A DNA stretch of 62,977 bases, filler included, from Octopus bimaculoides (lineage: Eukaryota): NCBI RefSeq assembly GCF_001194135.2. It is 4 parts of 4 records of this genome, joined end to end, with 100 filler letters (N's around TTAATTAATTAA, not from the genome) between each part and the next. Parts side by side here need not be neighbours in the genome. Positions count along the whole stretch, not along the records: positions 26,440 to 50,298 come from NC_068985.1; positions 50,399 to 57,509 come from NC_069009.1; 2 more parts are not named here. The stretch is one strand, 5' to 3'. This document shows, in pieces, positions 39,803 through 51,795 of the stretch. Both the position numbers and the translations under genes were made by a program. The notes under the pieces were generated by a model. It made no database searches and was not told the DNA's origin. It saw only the letters and a program-made list of their open reading frames with translations. The stretch's first letter is position 1. Each line of letters starts with the position of its first letter.

Positions 39803-40365
39803 NNNNNNNNNNNNNNNNNNNNNNNNNNNNNNNNNNNNNNNNNNNNNNNNNNNNNNNNNNNNNNNNNNNNNNNNNNNNNNNNNNNNNNNNNNNNNNNNNN
39901 NNNNNNNNNNNNNNNNNNNNNNNNNNNNNNNNNNNNNNNNNNNNNNNNNNNNNNNNNNNNNNNNNNNNNNNNNNNNNNNNNNNNNNNNNNNNNNNNNNNN
40001 NNNNNNNNNNNNNNNNNNNNNNNNNNNNNNNNNNNNNNNNNNNNNNNNNNNNNNNNNNNNNNNNNNNNNNNNNNNNNNNNNNNNNNNNNNNNNNNNNNNN
40101 NNNNNNNNNNNNNNNNNNNNNNNNNNNNNNNNNNNNNNNNNNNNNNNNNNNNNNNNNNNNNNNNNNNNNNNNNNNNNNNNNNNNNNNNNNNNNNNNNNNN
40201 NNNNNNNAACCAGTTATCCGATTTACGTGAAACTTGATTTATTCCGTGCGTATTAACATTTCAGGGGCTATTTATTAATTCATAGAATTTTCCCCATTAT
40301 GTCCCAATTTGGCTGGGTAACATTGCAAGCAAGCAAGGTTCAAGCTCACTTTTAAAGCATTATAG

Positions 40366-40398
<33 letters not shown>

Positions 40399-40870
40399 TG
40401 TATGTATGTATGTATGTACGTATGTATGTATATGTATGCATATGCCAAAGTTTCTTATGCATTTAAAGTTTCAACACGTGTTGCGGTTTCACTAATTACA
40501 TAGCCATGATGGACAGCTCACGTTTGAACATTTCCTGAAGGTAGCACTAGTCTCTACATTATACGAGACATGCTGAAATTTTTGATTATGATTTACTGTG
40601 AAATGAAGTCTTCCAAATATAACGGAACTGAGAAAGCCATATGAATCCAGAGACGACCAATCTAAGGAATGTTATTCCGTTTATATCAATGAACATAAGG
40701 CACCACACAGTAGGATGTATTTCTTGATGAAACAACTTCTTAAGGATACGAGAAATAGATTTCCTGCAGATCTGATATGCATTAAAAGATTGTCAGTCTT
40801 ATAGTTGTAGACAATACACACACACACATGCACACACATTTGTATGTATGTATGTATGTATATATGTATG

Positions 40871-40913
<43 letters not shown>

Positions 40914-41149
40914 NNNNNNNNNNNNNNNNNNNNNNNNNNNNNNNNNNNNNNNNNNNNNNNNNNNNNNNNNNNNNNNNNNNNNNNNNNNNNNNNNNNNNNN
41001 NNNNNNNNNNNNNNNNNNNNNNNNNNNNNNNNNNNGAGAGAGAGAGGAGAGAGGGAGAGAGAGACACTGAAAATAACATTTACGTTTCATTTGAAAAGAT
41101 GTATTTATCAAAATTACATAAAAATATCTTGAAATGCTATAGAGTAAAT

Positions 41150-41900
41150 ATATTCAATAAAATCGCCATTGGCCGCAACCACGGCCAGCAGATGATTTCC
41201 GAACCTCCTGCAACTCTTCTGGACGCTATCCGTGTTTAAGATGGTGAATGCTGCCATAATCCTACCTTCAGTTCATCTTTGGTGTTATAAGGAGTTTTGT
41301 TGGTCTTTCACTCAACTACGCCCCACGCATAATAATCAAGGGGGTTGCAGTCCGGGGAGTTAGGTGGCCAAATGTTAGGAGTGAAGTGGTCGCAGAAAAT
41401 GTCTGACAGCCATGACAGTGCCCTCCTGCTTGTATGGCACGGGGTAGAGTCCAGATGCCACACACAAGATCTTGCAGCAGCCACCCTCTTGACTCAGGGC
41501 AACACTACCTCCTCCGGGTATTTGATGTAGGCCACCGTATTGAGTCTGAGGCTGTGTGGGAAGATGTGATTTTTATCAAACACCATGATGTTGATTGGAT
41601 GTTTGATTTTTATCACTCTCGGTACATGTTTCGGGGACACGAGCAGCCAACGGCTGATCTGTGTGTTCACCATCTGTTCGTATTGGAGCTTCCAGCGCGA
41701 ATGACAAACATAACAGCATGTCTTTTCCAAATTTCTAGCAGAGTGAACTGCGCCATGCTGCTGTTTTTCTGACAGACGGTGCCCAACTGACTCTACAAAA
41801 CCAAAAAAGAAAGAATGAGCTTTCGAGAAATTAAGAATATAAAATGGCGACAATTTGCCCATCGAAGCCTGTATATAATATTCTTTGAAACGAGATGCTG
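41150..41900 (-). pseudogene. Tc1/mariner-superfamily DD37D (maT-type) transposase relic
   Basis: WHLDSTPCHTSRRALSWLSDIFCDHFTPNIWPPNSPDCNPLDYYAWG has 37 residues between the second and third D (hand count); C-terminus QKSCRRFGNHLLAVVAANGDFIE. Confidence 0.85.
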
Positions 41901-42235
41901 AAGGGATAGTTATATTTTCGAATTGTTTCTCTAACGAATCGATCCCATTGGGGAAAATATGATATTTATCTCCCTCATCTTATAATAAAATACGAATGAA
42001 GATATATTTTTAATTATACATAAATAAAGGTGTTATTAGAATGAAATATTTTCCATTAACCTTAGCTTACGAATTGAAAGATAATAGATCTTTCAATAAG
42101 TGAGAAGTAATTGAAATGTAACAAACTATCATTTAGCTTATATTTGCCTCGGAATACATTTTCAAAAAATATATGTATACACATACACACGTATGTACGT
42201 ATGTATGCATGTATGTATGTACGCATATATATATA

Positions 42236-42328
<93 letters not shown>

Positions 42329-42642
42329 TGCAAATGTATCGTATTTCGGAAAAAGTGGCAGACTCTGAAGTATAGAATTGTAATGTATTTATTTATATGT
42401 AGTTAAGTCTACGTCTGGTGATAAAGTGTCCAATAGTTTCGCATCCATAAACGGCCTTGTCCCATGGACGGCTCGTCAGACTCTAAAGCCAAGGAAATAT
42501 AACTCTCCAGCTCTAGAAGAATTATATGCTCTCGGTTAGGTCTTATATAGATGTGAAACGATTGGTTACTCTATGATCCAACATAGACTTAACTGCATAT
42601 AACAATAATAATAATAATAACAACAACAACAACAACAACAAC

Positions 42643-42684
<42 letters not shown>

Positions 42685-42700
42685 TTTTCTTCTTCTTCTT

Positions 42701-42731
<31 letters not shown>

Positions 42732-43604
42732 TTATTATTATTNNNNNNNNNNNNNNNNNNNNNNNNNNNNNNNNNNNNNNNNNNNNNNNNNNNNNNNNNN
42801 NNNNNNNNNNNNNNNNNNNNNNNNNNNNNNNNNNNNNNNNNNNNNNNNNNNNNNNNNNNNNNNNNNNNNNNNNNNNNNNNNNNNNNNNNNNNNNNNNNNN
42901 NNNNNNNNNNNNNNNNNNNNNNNNNNNNNNNNNNNNNNNNNNNNNNNNNNNNNNNNNNNNNNNNNNNNNNNNNNNNNNNNNNNNNNNNNNNNNNNNNNNN
43001 NNNNNNNNNNNNNNNNNNNNNNNNNNNNNNNNNNNNNNNNNNNNNNNNNNNNNNNNNNNNNNNNNNNNNNNNNNNNNNNNNNNNNNNNNNNNNNNNNNNN
43101 NNNNNNNNNNNNNNNNNNNNNNNNNNNNNNNNNNNNNNNNNNNNNNNNNNNNNNNNNNNNNNNNNNNNNNNNNNNNNNNNNNNNNNNNNNNNNNNNNNNN
43201 NNNNNNNNNNNNNNNNNNNNNNNNNTATATACATATGCTTGTTTTATGTTCACTTATATATATACATATATATAAATTTTTATATGTGTATGAATTTTTG
43301 TATATTTATAAACTTTCGTGTATATGTATGTATTTATAAATTCTTAGAAAAATTTTTTTATATATCATATAGACGAATGCATCTATGTATGTACTTTGTA
43401 TACCATGGAGACTTTCGTTAATATGGATTGAATGAATATATACATCGACCTTTGAATGTGTTTTTCTCTTCGCCTTAATTTGATATATATATATATATGA
43501 TTAATTAGATAAAACGGAGAAAAAGACAACAAGAAAAGCAAGAGCGTGACCATTATGAGCCAGGCATAGCTCGAGAAGAAAAAGCCGTAGGTCTGGCAAA
43601 ATCG

Positions 43605-44030
43605 TTATTACGCCGGGTGAAATGCTTAGCGGTACTTCGCCTGTCTTTACGTTCTGAGTTCAAATTCCGCCGAGGTCAACTTTGCCTTTCATCCACTTGG
43701 GGGTCGATAAAATCAGTACCAGTTGCGTACTGGAGTCTATCTAATCGACCGCCCCCCTCCCAAAAAATTTCGGACCTTGTGCTTAGACTAGAAAATATTA
43801 TTTGTTTCCTCAAAGGCGGCGAGCTGACAGAAACGTTAGCATGCCGGGCGAAATGCTTGGCGGTATTTCGTCTGTCTTTACGATCTGAGTTCAAATTCCG
43901 CCGACGTCGACTTTGTCTTTCATCCTTTTGGGGTCGATAAAATCAGTACCAGTTGTATACTGGAGTCGATATAATTGACTAGCCCCCTCTCCAAAACTTT
44001 CGGGCCTTGTACCTAGAGTAGTAAAGAAGG
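43605..44030 (+). mobile_element. Two tandem young SINE family B copies
   Basis: ggcggcgagctgacagaaacgttagc...gagttcaaattccgccga..tttcatcc...ggggtcgataaaatcagtaccag; A/B-box-like head; central segment resembles the Meta-type SINE domain (from memory). Confidence 0.9.
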
Positions 44031-45124
44031 ATAGTTAATGTTGGATGAAATTATGTTTCATGTTAACGCTTGTAACAGGAGAATATAACGCTGAGTTGAA
44101 GTATACTCATTAAAACCGTCGGCAATTAGTGAATTAGTTACTCATAATAGGTTTGCTGTGGTCGTTCGTATTCGTGACTGGATTTAGACTGCTCGGTTAG
44201 ACACAAGATGAAATCCTGGCTATTGATGTTAAAATTAATAGCTATCGTCAAAATTATCCGCATCAACAGAGATAATTACTGCATCTAAAGCGCAAACAAG
44301 GAGGCAGAGACTTAATATCGATCCAAAATATTGAAGGTAGCATCATGTTCTCTTGATAGTCGATACTAGCAAGTCTTGGCCTGCGTCCAAGAAGTCCGGA
44401 TGCATGAGGCAATAACATAAAGGGAGTTGAAAAGGAGTTGTTAAGAAAATATTCCCTAAAGAATATTCATATATATGTGTGTGTATGTATGTGTGTGTGT
44501 GAGAGTGTGTGCGTGTGTGTAAGCACACACACTTACAAGCGCATAGATATATACATAAACATACGTATATATATATATATACACCCAGGCCAATTACCCA
44601 TTGTATTTTTAGTAGCGGGTAGCCACAGCAAGACACATACAAACACAAAGCATTCAATTCATTTCCAAATTCAAAGGGGTGAGCCCCGTTCTGTGTTCGG
44701 GTGAAGTCATATAACGCAACCCCCCAATATCAGCAGTGGGGCCCAACAGCATAAGCTGGTTTACTTCCGCCACATCATGCTGGTTCCGTACCCCTTTGAA
44801 CAACATCAAAATTTACTCATCCGTCCACAAACACTCCCCAAGCTTTCCTATCATTTATAAACTCTCTTGCCTCTGTGTGTGTGTGTGTGTGTTTGCCTGT
44901 GTGTGTGTGTGTATGTATGTGTGTGTATGCTTACTGTTGCGAGCCTGTGTTGAGTGGTGTCACTTCCTTCGAAAACAGTATGATGGCAGTTTGATGAATA
45001 GTTAAGGATAACATGTTTAATACAGGAAGTAAGTCCGAGGGTCAATAATTTCAATTGAAACAATGGAGGGCTGTATGAGGATAAGTTCCAGACCCTAAAA
45101 TGTATTTAAAGATCCACATCTGTA

Positions 45125-45360
45125 ATACAATTCTATATTTAAGAGATGAGCAATTATGTACGTTATTTACATTATTTACATTAGGTGTCTTGGGGGAAAA
45201 ATACCTTAGGAATGAGAACACAGGTTCGAAATTTCCCCAAGACACCTGATGAAGGCTGGAGGGTATATCAGCCGAAATGTTGTGTTAACAACAAACAAGA
45301 TGAAGACAAATATCCGTCAAATGTAAATAATGTAAATAATGTAAATAATGCGAGTAATGT
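45125..45360. mobile_element. 236-bp non-coding PLE-type mini-element with head-to-head arms and a 16-bp target-site duplication
   Basis: Flanks AAGATCCACATCTGTA (45109-45124) / AAGATCCACATTTGTA (45361-45376). The left arm is the reverse complement of the right arm, minus the ribozyme segment. Confidence 0.7.
45241..45286 (+). ncRNA. Minimal type I hammerhead ribozyme motif (PLE-associated small variant)
   Basis: GACAC-CUGAUGA-A-GGCUG[gaggguauau]CAGCC-GAAAUGUU-GUGUU: helix I GACAC/GUGUU, 5-bp helix II, intact core, loopless helix III AUGU (likely from palindromic ACGU by CpG decay), H17=U. Confidence 0.7.
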
Positions 45361-45444
45361 AAGATCCACATTTGTATTTACGATGGCACACATAGGCAAA
45401 TAGGTGTGCGTTTATGAAGCCATGTTTGCTATAAGTATATACTC

Positions 45445-45852
45445 TGTTACTCTTTTACTTGTTTCAGTCATTTGACTGTGGCCATGCTGGAGCACCGCCT
45501 TTAGTCGAGCGAATCGACTCCAGGACTTATTCGTTGTAAGCTTAGTACTTATTCTATCGACCGCTTTTGCCGAACCGTTAAGTTACAGGGACTTAAACAC
45601 ACCAGCATCGGTTGTCAAGCGATGTTGGGGGGACAAGCACAGACACACAAACATATAGACACACACATACATATATACATATATACGACAGTCTTCTTTC
45701 AGTTTCCGTCTACCAAATCCACTCACAAGGCTTTGGTCGGCCCGAGGCTATAATAGAAGACACTTGCCCAAGGTGCCACGCAGTGGGACTGAACCCAGAA
45801 CCATGTGGTTGGTAAGCAAGCTACTTACCATACAGTCACTCCTACGCCTATA
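45445..45852 (-). mobile_element. Full-length tRNA-headed SINE family D with internal microsatellite
   Basis: Minus strand begins ggcgtaggagtgactgtatggtaag..gggttcagtcccactgcg; several in-window copies. Confidence 0.85.
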
Positions 45853-45943
45853 TAATGATTTATCGCACATTTCTATTTTCTGTTTGAATCTCTCCCTTCT
45901 GTTACTTCGTTTTGTCAAGCCCTTATGTACCTTTCTATTGATA

Positions 45944-46370
45944 CGAGGCCTGATCAATATTGCAATGCGAACAGAGCTAAAGTAGGCAGAGAGAAGCTGC
46001 TTGGCGCAGATTGACCTTCAACCCTGTCGCGCACGGACTATAAGTTATAATGTTGTCGCTCACTTCCGTTGCTTTTAGAAGTGCTTAGAACGAAAGTGTG
46101 TAGAGTGTGGTCGTCTCATCACACCACAGACGTTCCATCAATGAACATGGCAGAGAAAAGTAAACACGGAAGCTGCATCAAACTTTGCCAAAAGCTTGGT
46201 GATACCTGCGTATTTTGATCGTTTCCTCTTTCCGAAAATCAAAACCTACATGAAAGGAACAAGATTTCAAGATGTCTAAGAAATCGGAGAGAAAGCGACG
46301 AGGCAGTCTCTAGCTGTCCCCTAAAAGGGGTTCCTGGAATGCTTCCATCAACGGAAAAGACGCTTAATAA
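45944..46370 (+). mobile_element. Internally deleted mariner (irritans-like) relic
   Basis: TA|CGAGG end; EKSKHGSCIKLCQKLGDT joined directly to FLFPKIKTYMKGTRFQDV..FLECFHQRKRR. Confidence 0.7.
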
Positions 46371-46478
46371 AACGAGTGACTTCAGAAGTTCGAGGAAGTT
46401 TAAATGTAGAATTCATACATCTATTAATATTTATTTGTGCACATATATGTGTGTGTGTGTATTGATGTTTGTGCGTGC

Positions 46479-46509
<31 letters not shown>

Positions 46510-46538
46510 TGTATGTATGTATGTATGTATGTATGCGT

Positions 46539-46597
<59 letters not shown>

Positions 46598-47729
46598 TGT
46601 GTGCCTGCATACTTGTATGAATAAAAATGTGAATGTACAAACATTTCAAGAGGTTCACCAATACACCATAACATGTTCTTTTGTATGTTTGTGTTAGGCA
46701 TTTTGGAAGAGAGAAAAGTAGAGAAACGAAAATATAATGAAATGAAAAGTTAACAAAATATTAAAGGAATCGACGAAGCAAAATTAAGAAATTTATTTTG
46801 AATGTCCTTCAAAAAATATGTGAGAGTTTTCTCAGAGACTTGATCGTTTGAATTAAGTTCACTGTTGTACAGAACATTTCCCTTAATATAATCAGTAAGT
46901 AGTTAGATAATAATATTGTAGCAGATAACACAAAAATACCAAGGGAAAGACAAGCTGAGACGCAGGATTTGCTATACTAATATTGTAAACGCACAAGCAT
47001 GTTATAGCTTGATGTGATCAAATGATATTAGAGAGATGCTTTACATTTTCTTAGATCTTGGTTGTAGTCTTTTCATGTTTCACAGATTTAAAGTTAATTC
47101 TCTCAGAGTGTTAACAGCAATAAATTTCAAGGTTTCGTTTTGAAATATTTCAATATTTGAAGTTCTTTTCAAACCGAATGTTTCATTTTAATCCATGATA
47201 TTTATGGAGGCAATGGAAATGTTATCTACGGTCAATTCGATTCTTATTGGAATTCGATTTGTTTTCTAAAGGTTCTGTTTTAGAAAAAGCTGCCCGGGTC
47301 ATTTTAAGTTGTGACCTTTCTAAAATCTGTTTGGAGGGCATAAATCTATATGGAGGGCATAAGACCTAGGAAGTGAAGCGGGAAGCATCTCGAAATGACC
47401 TCTGCCAATCATGACAGAAATTCAATGGAATCACATTGAACAATGATAAAAGGAAGAATATGCAGCTGCGTAGGATGTTGCAGGCAGAAATAACGATTAA
47501 CCAAAGCGATCCCACTTTCGAATCAAGTAACAAAAAAGTAGACTTGTGGTGTGAACGACTGAATTGCAAATCGCATTATATTGAAAGTTATTGTAACAAG
47601 ATTGACCAATGGAAATAGAAAAAAAAAACGTCGGCGGAACTTGTACCTGGTGTAAAGTACTCAGCAGTCACTCGACTCGGTTTACCGCTCACTGCGCATT
47701 GTGTTATAATAATGTTTCGTTACACAAAA

Positions 47730-48160
47730 GGCGGCGAGCTGGCAGAAACGTTAGAACGCCGGGCGAAATGCTTAGCGGTATTTCGTCTGCCGATACGTTC
47801 TGAGTTCAAATTCCGCCGAGGTCGACTTTGCCTTTCATCCTTTCGGGGTCGATTAAATAAGTACCAGTTATGCACTGGAGTCGATATAATCGAATTAACC
47901 CGTTTGTCTGTCCTTGTTTGTCCTCTCTATGTTTAGCCCCTTGTGGGCAGCAAAGAAATAAGAAACGTTAGCACGCCGGATGAAATGCTTAGCGGTGTTT
48001 CGTCTGTCTTTGCGTTGTGAGTTCAAATTCCTCCGAGGTCGACTTTGCCTATCATCCTTTCGGGGTCGGCAAATTAAGTACCAGTTGCGTACTGGGGTAG
48101 ATCTAATCGACTGGTCCCCTTCACAAAAAGATTTCGGGTCTTGTGCCTAGAATAGAAAAG
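47730..48160 (+). mobile_element. Young composite SINE family B (head-tail-head)
   Basis: CpG-rich intact copy, used as the in-window reference. Confidence 0.9.
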
Positions 48161-48420
48161 AATGTTTCCTTACACAATTTTAAGAGGGATGTGTAAATTC
48201 CCTCATCAACACAGTAATACCACTTAAAATGTCGGACTGACAGAGTTAGTAGAACGTTGGATAAAGCGTCCTGTGATATTTCTGTGCACTGCGAGTTCCT
48301 ATCTCACCGAGATCAATTGTGATAATCCTTTTGCAACCGATAAATATAACGCTGGTCAAACATGACGCCTGACTCTTCTTTCGTCCATCTCATTTTCTCT
48401 CTCTCTGTCCCCATCTGTCT

Positions 48421-48453
<33 letters not shown>

Positions 48454-48454
48454 T

Positions 48455-48493
<39 letters not shown>

Positions 48494-48891
48494 CTATCTA
48501 TNNNNNNNNNNNNNNNNNNNNNNNNNNNNNNNNNAAATAATAATAAAAGAGAAATAAAATGAAAATAAAAAAAACAGACTCTGAAATAAAGGCATCCTTT
48601 GAATGCCATCAATAAACTCTCATAATAAATACAAATAAACTTTTATGGAAGTCTCTTGGAGTGAAAGAATAACCAGATGGCAAAAGGAACGCCGGTACCT
48701 CTACTTGTCTTTTTCATTCTTAGAAAATTGAAAGGGAAAAGACACTTTAGATTTTGATTTTAAAATTTTCCATAGCGAAAGAGAAAGAGATTAGATACTG
48801 CGACGTACTCTAACTAGTAGTCAAACGTTTTTTTACTACAACCCACATCGCTTTGTGAAGCAAGATGAAGGTAGGAGGTTAGTCAATATCG

Positions 48892-49154
48892 TCGATCCTA
48901 GTGCATGACTGGTACTTTATTTAATCGAGCCCAGAGTGATAACAACAAAGTTGGCCTGGGTTGGATTTGAATCCAGAGCTGTAGTTCAAATTACGATGGT
49001 TAATATATTACCAAGCCGTTTGAGCAGAGGAAAAATGCCGTGAGGTTTCTACTTCACCGCCTATATGCTCTGGGTTCAAATACAACCCGGGTCAACCTTG
49101 TTGTTATCACTCTGGGCTCGATTAAATAAAGTACCAGTCATGCAGTAGGATCGA
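48892..49154. repeat. Inverted pair of diverged family B SINE fragments (88-bp arms, 87-bp spacer)
   Basis: Arms 48892-48979 and 49067-49154: 82/88 complementary, with a 47-bp perfect run. Confidence 0.9.
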
Positions 49155-49269
49155 TGTTGTTAGACAACGGAAGAAGTCTGTAAATTGGCTCGAATGAGTC
49201 TGTGCGTGTTTCATTGTTTTGCGAGGTTTTGTAAAATTGCGTTAAAACTGATCTTAGCTCTTTCCGAAA

Positions 49270-49430
49270 ATTGGCAAGTTTGAAAAACGTATCATTATCA
49301 AATTTTGCCAAAAGCTAGGCAAATTCATCACGGAGATCACCGAAATGCTTCGTTGTCGTTTTCTATGAACATTGTTCAGAACAAAGAGAGGTTTTCGAAG
49401 AAAATGTGCGAAAATTCGTGAAGTCATGCG
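49270..49430 (+). mobile_element. Mariner N-terminal fragment
   Basis: KFEKRIIIKFCQKLGKFITEITEMLR. Confidence 0.55.
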
Positions 49431-49927
49431 TATGGATCGCTGCTGAAAAAACCACACGCTCTACTGAGCACTCCAAAATATTGCAGTAAAAGTTAAAATT
49501 ATAATCCATCCCATTTTTTTTACTGCACCTGAAATTCAAATCCAGACATCAAGCTGTGACATATTCTGAATAATTCAAGACGATATTAAAGGCTGATGTT
49601 ATCAGAATATAGAGTATTTCAAAAGAAATTATGCATCGTTCTAAATGTTAACGTTTTTTTCTTTTGATACCTCCAAAGCTGTTATGATCAAATCAAATAT
49701 TCAATCTGTATGAACAACCGTCCTCTGGTTAAATGTTAGAGCTTGAAATCAAATTAGTTGAAGAATCGTGTTGCGTCAGTGATAATCGATTCATTAACCT
49801 TTTCTGCGAGGATAATCCGCAACAGTAAGATCTCCTGTGATATGGAAAAAAAAACAATCTCCGAGAGAGAGAGACAGAGAGAGAGGGGGGAGAGAGAGAG
49901 GGGGAGAGAGAGACAGAGAGAGAGAGA

Positions 49928-49960
<33 letters not shown>

Positions 49961-50298
49961 GCTTAACGAACTTTCTCACGTTATATAGCAATATATATAA
50001 CTATTATAATTAACTTCCTGGCACTGAACGTACTTGCTACCTCTCAATTTAGTAAATACATTTTTCATGAAGAAGCGTCAAAGCAGCGTGACGGGGAGTT
50101 ATATTCTGCAACCATGCATGCAGCCAATTTGTCATTGTCTTGAAATATTTTGCATTGTAGTTTCTTTTTGTTATTGCTCTCTAAATAGATTTCTCTCTCT
50201 CTCTCTCCATCTCTCTCTCTCTCCCTCTCTCTCTCTCGCTCTCTCTCTCTTTCACTCCCTCTCTCTCTCTCTCTCTCCCTCTCTCTCTCTCGCTCTCT

Positions 50299-50398
50299 NN
50301 NNNNNNNNNNNNNNNNNNNNNNNNNNNNNNNNNNNNNNNNNNTTAATTAATTAANNNNNNNNNNNNNNNNNNNNNNNNNNNNNNNNNNNNNNNNNNNN
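50299..50398. other. Artificial scaffold join (44 N + TTAATTAATTAA + 44 N)
   Basis: Same construct as 26340-26439. Confidence 0.95.
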
Positions 50399-50718
50399 GC
50401 TCGTGAAATTAATGTGCAAGTGGCTGAGCACTCCACAGACACGTGTACCCTTAACGTAGTTCTCGGGGATATTCAGCGTGACACAGTGTGACAAGGCTGA
50501 CCCTTTGAATTACAGACACAACAGAAACAGGAAGAAAGAGTGAGAGAAAGTTGTGGTGGAAGAGTACAGCAGGGTTCGCCACCATCCCCTGCCGGAGCCT
50601 TGTGGGGCTTTAGGTGTTTTCGCTCAATAAACACTCACAACGCCCGGTCTGGGAATCAAAACTGCGATCCTATGACCGAGAGTCCGCTGCGCTAACGACT
50701 GGGCCATTGTGCCTCCAC
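50399..50718 (-). mobile_element. SINE family C copy (3' end in the join)
   Basis: Near-identical to 12455-12772. Confidence 0.9.
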
Positions 50719-51051
50719 AGGTAAAGAATTAAATGTAAGGAAAAGCAAATTAGACAGGTAAAAATATCAAGTATATTTAAAGGGTTTCATGAGAAAAATG
50801 ATTTTACCTGGTTAATAGGTGCTTTGGACTTGAAATTTTGGTAGGAATTTTCAATGCTGGATAAAGAAGCCTTAGCCTGTGGTGACATAGCTTGGGATGT
50901 CATGTTATTGGCAATGCTAGTGAGACTGCGTGGCGTGTTGCAGGAACTGCTCAAGATGGTGCGGTGACTGTTCAATGCATCATCCATACCGGAGAGAATA
51001 CTGAGGGGTCTCTGGTTATCAGATAAGCTGGAATGGGAAAGAAAAAGCTTC

Positions 51052-51428
51052 ATCATCATCATCATCGTTTAACGTCCGCTTTCCATGCTGGCATGGGTTG
51101 GACGATTTGACTGAGGACTGGTGAAACCAGATGGCTACACCAGGCTCCAATCTGATCTGGCAGACTTTCTACAGCTGGATGCCCTTCCTAACGCCAACCA
51201 CTCCGAGAGTGTAGTGGGTGCTTTTACTTGCCACCGGCACGTAGGCCAGTCAGGCGGTACTGGCTATCGGCACGCTCAAAATGGTGCATTTTACGTGCCA
51301 CCTGCACAGGAGCCAGTCCAGCGGCACTGGCAACAATCTCGCTCGAATGTCTTTACATGTACCACTGGCACAAGTGCTAGGAAGGCGACGCTGGGCACAG
51401 GTGCCATCCCGATTTCGCTTTCGCTTGC
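51052..51428 (-). mobile_element. Young family A SINE/LINE-tail element
   Basis: catcatcatcgtttaacgtccgctttccatgctggcatgggttggacg... Confidence 0.85.
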
Positions 51429-51529
51429 NNNNNNNNNNNNNNNNNNNNNNNNNNNNNNNNNNNNNNNNNNNNNNNNNNNNNNNNNNNNNNNNNNNNNNNN
51501 NNNNNNNNNNNNNNNNNNNNNNNNNNNNA

Positions 51530-51795
51530 CGGGGGACGTAAACACACCAGCATCGGTTGTCAAGCGATGTTGGGGGGATGAACACAGGCACACAAATATA
51601 TACACACACATACATATATACATATATATGACGGGCTTCTTTCAGTTTCCGTCTACCAAATCCTCTCACAAGGCTTTGGTCGGCCCGAGGCTATAGTAGA
51701 AGACACTTGCCCAAGGGGGCCACGCAGTGGGACTGAACCCTGAACCATGTGGTTGGTAAACAAGCTACTTACCACACAGTCACTCTTGCGCCTAT
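51530..51795 (-). mobile_element. SINE family D copy
   Basis: Aligns to 45585-45852. Confidence 0.85.

Noticed and set aside
44250-44340. LHLKRKQGGRDLISI resembling the LYLPRKxGGRGL motif of some non-LTR RTs
   Set aside because: Single short motif with an adjacent stop; too little to call
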